Shown here piece by piece: positions 59,595-64,000 of a stretch of DNA of 64,000 nucleotides (its first letter is position 1; each line of letters begins with the position of its first letter). Under the pieces are notes generated by a model. The model saw only the letters and a list, made by a program, of their open reading frames with translations, was not told the origin of the DNA and made no database searches. A program made the position numbers and the translations under genes. The DNA comes from an uncultured Akkermansia sp. (lineage in GTDB: Bacteria; Verrucomicrobiota; Verrucomicrobiia; Verrucomicrobiales; V1-33). The DNA lies in NCBI GenBank assembly GCA_964523105.1, contig CAZFZN010000031.1, positions 17,683 to 81,682 of the forward strand, given 5' to 3'.

Positions 59595-59854
59595 ATTCCT
59601 TGTGGGTTGTTCAGCAGCCGGCGTCATCTGACGCGCCGCTCCTTATCCTTCCCTTGGGATAAGTGCCGCGAGCCGTGCCACACATCGGGGGATGCGCAAC
59701 TGGGTTTTTCTGGGGGGTGACCATCCTGGTGTCCCGCTCCCCCTCCATCGGTTAACACCCCGTACCGGTGAATTCAGACGTCCTCAATCCATGAAAAGCC
59801 ATTGGACACACTCTGACCAACCCTCCATGATCGCGCCGGTTCCCTTCCCCCTTC

Positions 59855-62359
59855 ATGCAACTGACGTATCTCGACCCGCTGTGGTGGCTGCTCGGTCTTC
59901 TCGTCCTGGCTGCGGGATTCTATTTCACGCTGGTGGACCGGCCGCGGCGGCTGATGCTGGGGTCGTTCGTCCTCCGGGCGCTGGCGGTAATTTTTCTGGT
60001 GCTGGCGCTGTGCCGCCCAGGCTGGATGCGGAAGGTGGACGACGTGCATGTGGTCTTTCTGGTGGACGTGAGTCAGAGCGTGGACTTGAAAGCGGCGCGC
60101 GCGGCGGTGGATGAGGTGAATGCCGGGATCACGAAACTGGAGCGCGGGGATTCGCACACGGTCTTCGCCTGCGGCAACGGCGTGCGGCTGCGCGAGACGG
60201 AGAATCTGGCCAAGGAACTCGATGCCTGGCAGCAGGGGATCGCAGACGATGAATTCCGCTCCGCGACGCGGCTTGCCGATGCCGTGCTCACGACGCGCCT
60301 CGCGTTTCCCGCGGGTAAATCGCGCCGCCTTGTCCTCCTGACGGACGGTCAGGAAACCCACGGCAGCATCGCGGCCGCCATCGAAACGCTGAAGCGCGAA
60401 AATGTGGACGTGGTCTGGAAGAAACTCAGCGGCCTGACGGATCCGGAGGCAAGTATCGTGAGCGTGGAGCCGAATGTGCCCGCGGCCTTTGCCGGCGAAA
60501 TGGTGCGGCTGCGCGTACGCATGGCGGCGAATCAGGAAATGGGCGGCGTGGTCCGCATTCTCAGTCAGGGCGTAAAGGTGCTGGAGAAACCGGTGAGCCT
60601 CGGACCTGACAAGGACAACACGGTGGAGTTCGACGTGCCCATGACCGTGACCGGCACGTCGCTCTGGCAGGCGGAGCTGATTCCGGACAAGGATCACTTC
60701 CCGCTCAACAATCAGGCCGCCGCGACCATCGAAGTGACCGGCAAGAGCCGTGTGCTCGTCATTCACAAAACCCCGAAGGAGATGCGCGGCATCTCGCGCT
60801 CGCTCCAGGAGCAGGAGTTCGATGTCGATGTGCGCGGCGAGAACGGCCTGCCGGACAGCATGGACGCGCTGCTGGCCTTCGATGCCGTGGTGCTCGCGGA
60901 CATTCCCGCCACCAGCGTGAGCACGCGGCAGATGGGGCTGATCAAAAGTTACGTGCAGGACTTCGGCGGCGGCCTGGCCATGCTCGGCAGCGAGAATTCT
61001 TTCGGGCTCGGCGGCTATTACAAGACGCCCATCGAGGAGGTGCTGCCGCTGGTGAGCCGCTTTGAGAAGGAAAAGGAAAAGCCGTCGCTCGCGCTTGTGC
61101 TGGTCATCGACAAAAGCGGCAGCATGGACGGCCTGCCGATCCAGATGGCGCGTCAGGCGGCCAAGGCCAGCGTGGAGCTTCTCAGCCCGCAGGACCAGAC
61201 GGCGGTGATCGCGTTCGATGGTGAACCTTATCTCGTCAGCGACCTGCGCCGGGCGTCGGAAAAGGACGGCATTCAGGCGGCGATCGATACCATCGACAGC
61301 GGCGGCGGCACCGACATGTATCCCGCCATGCAGCAGGGGAAGCAGCTCCTCGACAATTGCTCCGCCAAGATCAAACACATGATCTGCCTGACCGATGGCC
61401 AGACGGAGGACCGGGGCTTTGCGGAATTGACGCAGGCACTCGCCGACAGCGGCGTCACGGTCAGCACCGTGGCCCTTGGCGATGGCGCGGCGGCGGATTT
61501 GCTGCAGCAGATCGCGGAAGTGGGTAAAGGAAGATTTTACGCCGCGCAGGATCCGGCGAGCGTGCCGCAGATTTTCACGCGCGAGACGATGCAGGCCAGC
61601 AAAAGCGCCATCAAAGAGGATGTCTATGCCCCGGTGGTCATCAGCGAGCATCCCATGATGTCAGGCTACGATGACAATCTGCCGTCATCGCTCGGCTATG
61701 TGATGACCGAAGCCAAGCCGGTGACGCAAACCGTGCTCGCCGCCGAAACCGGTGATCCGCTGCTGGCCGTGGGCCGTTTCGGACTCGGACAGGGCCTTTG
61801 CTTCACCAGCGACCTCACGGAAAAATGGGGCGGCGAATGGCTCGCATGGGACGGCTGCGGGAAGTTCTGGGCGCAGGTGCTGCGCTCGATTTTAAGACCG
61901 AAGAACATCCAGGGCATGGAAGTCCGCAGCATGGTCGTGAACGACGAGTGGACATTCGATATCCGCCGCCGGGAGCCTGACGGCACGCCGGTGAACAACA
62001 TCCAGTGGGACGCCAAAGCAGTGGACGAAAACAGCGCCGAGACGCCGATCACGGTGAACGAAGCCGGCCTCGGCCGCTACACCGCCAGCGTGCCGCTCGC
62101 GGGAAAACAAAAGCTTACCGTGCGCCTGCGCGACGTGGAGAACGGCAAGCTCAAGGTGCTGCACTACAACCGCCCGTCGCCGTCGGAATATCGACTCGGC
62201 CAGGCGGTGCCGCCGGCGCTCGCCGCCGCGCCGGAGTTTTCTCCACCGGCGGTGCGCGAGAACATCACACCCGTGGAAACGCGCCGCAGCCTTGAACCCT
62301 GGTGCTACTTTGCCGCCCTCGCGTGTGCGCTGGGCAGTATCGTGCTGCGGCGGGTGTGA
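59855..62359 (+). CDS. Multi-vWA-domain membrane protein (Bat-like)
   Basis: N-terminal TM pair. Two vWA MIDAS-like motifs (VVFLVDVSQSV and LVLVIDKSGSMDG). C-terminal TM helix. Confidence 0.8.
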   Translation: MQLTYLDPLWWLLGLLVLAAGFYFTLVDRPRRLMLGSFVLRALAVIFLVLALCRPGWMRKVDDVHVVFLVDVSQSVDLKAARAAVDEVNAGITKLERGDSHTVFACGNGVRLRETENLAKELDAWQQGIADDEFRSATRLADAVLTTRLAFPAGKSRRLVLLTDGQETHGSIAAAIETLKRENVDVVWKKLSGLTDPEASIVSVEPNVPAAFAGEMVRLRVRMAANQEMGGVVRILSQGVKVLEKPVSLGPDKDNTVEFDVPMTVTGTSLWQAELIPDKDHFPLNNQAAATIEVTGKSRVLVIHKTPKEMRGISRSLQEQEFDVDVRGENGLPDSMDALLAFDAVVLADIPATSVSTRQMGLIKSYVQDFGGGLAMLGSENSFGLGGYYKTPIEEVLPLVSRFEKEKEKPSLALVLVIDKSGSMDGLPIQMARQAAKASVELLSPQDQTAVIAFDGEPYLVSDLRRASEKDGIQAAIDTIDSGGGTDMYPAMQQGKQLLDNCSAKIKHMICLTDGQTEDRGFAELTQALADSGVTVSTVALGDGAAADLLQQIAEVGKGRFYAAQDPASVPQIFTRETMQASKSAIKEDVYAPVVISEHPMMSGYDDNLPSSLGYVMTEAKPVTQTVLAAETGDPLLAVGRFGLGQGLCFTSDLTEKWGGEWLAWDGCGKFWAQVLRSILRPKNIQGMEVRSMVVNDEWTFDIRRREPDGTPVNNIQWDAKAVDENSAETPITVNEAGLGRYTASVPLAGKQKLTVRLRDVENGKLKVLHYNRPSPSEYRLGQAVPPALAAAPEFSPPAVRENITPVETRRSLEPWCYFAALACALGSIVLRRV

Positions 62360-62463
62360 AGCATTTTGCGGATTATTTTCCTTTTCCTGTCCTCCGGGCG
62401 CTCCGCCGTTCGTCATCAGTAGTCCGGTGTATTCGACCAGCCACCGAACCAGCACATCCCATC

Positions 62464-62892
62464 ATGAAAACCATCATTCAGCCCTATCTCTTCTTTGGCG
62501 GCCGCTGCGAAGAGGCCCTCGAATTCTACAAATCCGCCATCGGAGCCAAAGTGGACATGGTAATGCATCACCGTGACAGCCCTGACAAGCCGCCGCCCGG
62601 CATGCTGCAGCCAGGCTACGAAGACAAGGTGATGCACGCCTCCTTCCACGTCGGCGAAAGCCTCATCATGGCATCCGATGGCTGTGGCGGGGGCGCGAAC
62701 TTCGGCGGCTTCTCGCTGTCACTGAGCCTGCCGACGGAAGCCGAGGCGCAGCGCGCCTTCGCGGCTCTGTCCGCAGACGGCAAAGTCACCATGCCGCTGA
62801 TGAAAACCTTCTGGTCGCCGTGCTTTGGCATGCTGGAGGACAAATTCGGTGTCGGCTGGATGGTCACCGTGTATGCTGAGCACGCGCCGTGA
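62464..62892 (+). CDS. VOC/glyoxalase-fold protein (PhnB/YjdN-like)
   Basis: ATG 62464 gives MKTIIQPYLFFGGRCEEALEFYK..FWSPCFGMLEDKFGVGWMV. Confidence 0.85.
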   Translation: MKTIIQPYLFFGGRCEEALEFYKSAIGAKVDMVMHHRDSPDKPPPGMLQPGYEDKVMHASFHVGESLIMASDGCGGGANFGGFSLSLSLPTEAEAQRAFAALSADGKVTMPLMKTFWSPCFGMLEDKFGVGWMVTVYAEHAP

Positions 62893-62935
62893 ATTTCACC
62901 GCCCCCGGACAACAACACCAACCCGCCCGCATCCC

Positions 62936-63298
62936 ATGGCTCAATACATTGACGGATTCGTCCTCGCCATTCCCAAAGCCAAACTGGCCGACTACAAAAA
63001 GCTCGCCACCAAAGCGGGAAAAATCTGGCGCAAGCACGGGGCACTCGAGTATCGCGAATGCGCACTCGATGACCCTGACGCGACGGGCATGATCGCCTTC
63101 CCCAAAATCGCGAAGGCGAAAGAGGGCGAAACCGTCATCTTTGCCTATGCTGTGTTCAAGTCGCGCAAGCATCGCGACGCGACGAACAGGAAAATCATGG
63201 CCGACAAAGAGCTGGCCGCGATGTGCGACGACGCAAAGCGCATCGTGAACTGCAAACACATGGCCTACGGCGGCTTCGAGGCTATCGTCAGTCTCTGA
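62936..63298 (+). CDS. DUF1428 protein
   Basis: ATG 62936 gives MAQYIDGFVLAIPKAKLADYKKLATKAGKIWRKHGALEY..MAYGGFEAIV. Confidence 0.85.
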   Translation: MAQYIDGFVLAIPKAKLADYKKLATKAGKIWRKHGALEYRECALDDPDATGMIAFPKIAKAKEGETVIFAYAVFKSRKHRDATNRKIMADKELAAMCDDAKRIVNCKHMAYGGFEAIVSL

Positions 63299-63321
63299 CG
63301 CTGCTTCCACGAGGCTGGCAA

Positions 63322-64000
63322 TCAGTCCTCCTCTCCGCGTTTCAGCCGCATCCAGGCGCGGGCCTGTTTGTGAACCTTCTTCCATTCGTGGCGCTGCTCG
63401 CGGGCGATTTTCGGGCTGGCCTTGCGCGCGGCGTAAGCCTGCTCGCGCTGCAGTTTGAGGTAACTCTGCCAGCGGCCGAAGTCGAGCGATCCATCATCCA
63501 GCGCGGCCTGGATGGCACAGCCGGGCTCGGAGTGATGCGAGCAGTCGCGAAAGTGGCAGCGCGCGGCGATGCTCACCACGTCCGCGAATGTGCTGTCGAT
63601 GTCGGCCGCGTCCGGGTCCCACAACTGCAGTTCGCGCATGCCCGGAGTGTCGATCACCAGCGCGCCGGAGGGCGTGACGATAAGTTCGCGGTGCGTCGTG
63701 GTGTGCCGTCCTTTGCCGACGGCGTCGCTGATGGCGGCCGTGACCATGCGGCTCTCGCCTAGCAGACGGTTGATGAGGGTGGATTTCCCCACCCCGGAAG
63801 AGCCGAGCAGCGCGAGGGTGCGGCCCGGCCTCAGCAGGAAATCGAGCGCCTCAAGGCCCTCGCCCCGCGCGGCACTGAGTGCGATCACCGGCACGCCGCA
63901 GGCAATGGCCTCCACTTCGGCGCGCAGCGAGGCGGCGTCCGGATGCAGGTCGGTCTTGTTGAGCACCACCACCGGCTCCGCGCCGCTCTCCCGCGTGGCC
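63322..64000 (-). CDS. rsgA: Ribosome small-subunit-dependent GTPase A (C-terminal part; 5' end beyond window)
   Basis: VVLNKTDL, GSSGVGKSTLIN, DTPGMRE and the zinc motif CHFRDCSHHSEPGC. The frame stays open to nt 64000. Confidence 0.9.
   Translation of the reverse strand, partial: ATRESGAEPVVVLNKTDLHPDAASLRAEVEAIACGVPVIALSAARGEGLEALDFLLRPGRTLALLGSSGVGKSTLINRLLGESRMVTAAISDAVGKGRHTTTHRELIVTPSGALVIDTPGMRELQLWDPDAADIDSTFADVVSIAARCHFRDCSHHSEPGCAIQAALDDGSLDFGRWQSYLKLQREQAYAARKASPKIAREQRHEWKKVHKQARAWMRLKRGEED

Overview
High-GC chromosomal segment, most likely from a Verrucomicrobiota or other PVC-group bacterium. This is inferred from gene content: DUF1501, a MoxR-DUF58-BatA module, Ser/Thr kinase-WD40, an LLPAVQKVR pseudopilin motif and a four-helix-bundle cassette. 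I call about 45 protein genes. Most are housekeeping or envelope genes: lpdA, gyrB, accD, pnp, rpsO, rsgA, a probable lptD, an Opp-like ABC importer, a P1B-4 metal ATPase, an ECF sigma factor and a two-component pair. I saw no rRNA, tRNA, CRISPR array, transposase, integrase or prophage genes. I cannot point to a convincing new multi-gene system. The unexplained structure is mostly non-coding. (1) AGC/GTAGC-headed hairpin units occur as inverted doublets (REP/REPIN-like) at many gene ends, and one perfect 59-nt copy sits in frame inside the ATP-binding domain of a sensor kinase. (2) A second class consists of inverted arrays of 6-, 7-, 9- and 10-nt tandem units. The largest pair brackets a four-helix-bundle (23S rRNA IVS-protein family) gene wedged between moxR and the DUF58 gene. 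(3) Small nuclease-like cassettes are present: two Uma2 genes, one inside the Bat-like operon, and an orphan EcoRII-C-domain nuclease with no adjacent methyltransferase. All family assignments rest on motifs read by eye. No searches or statistics were run.
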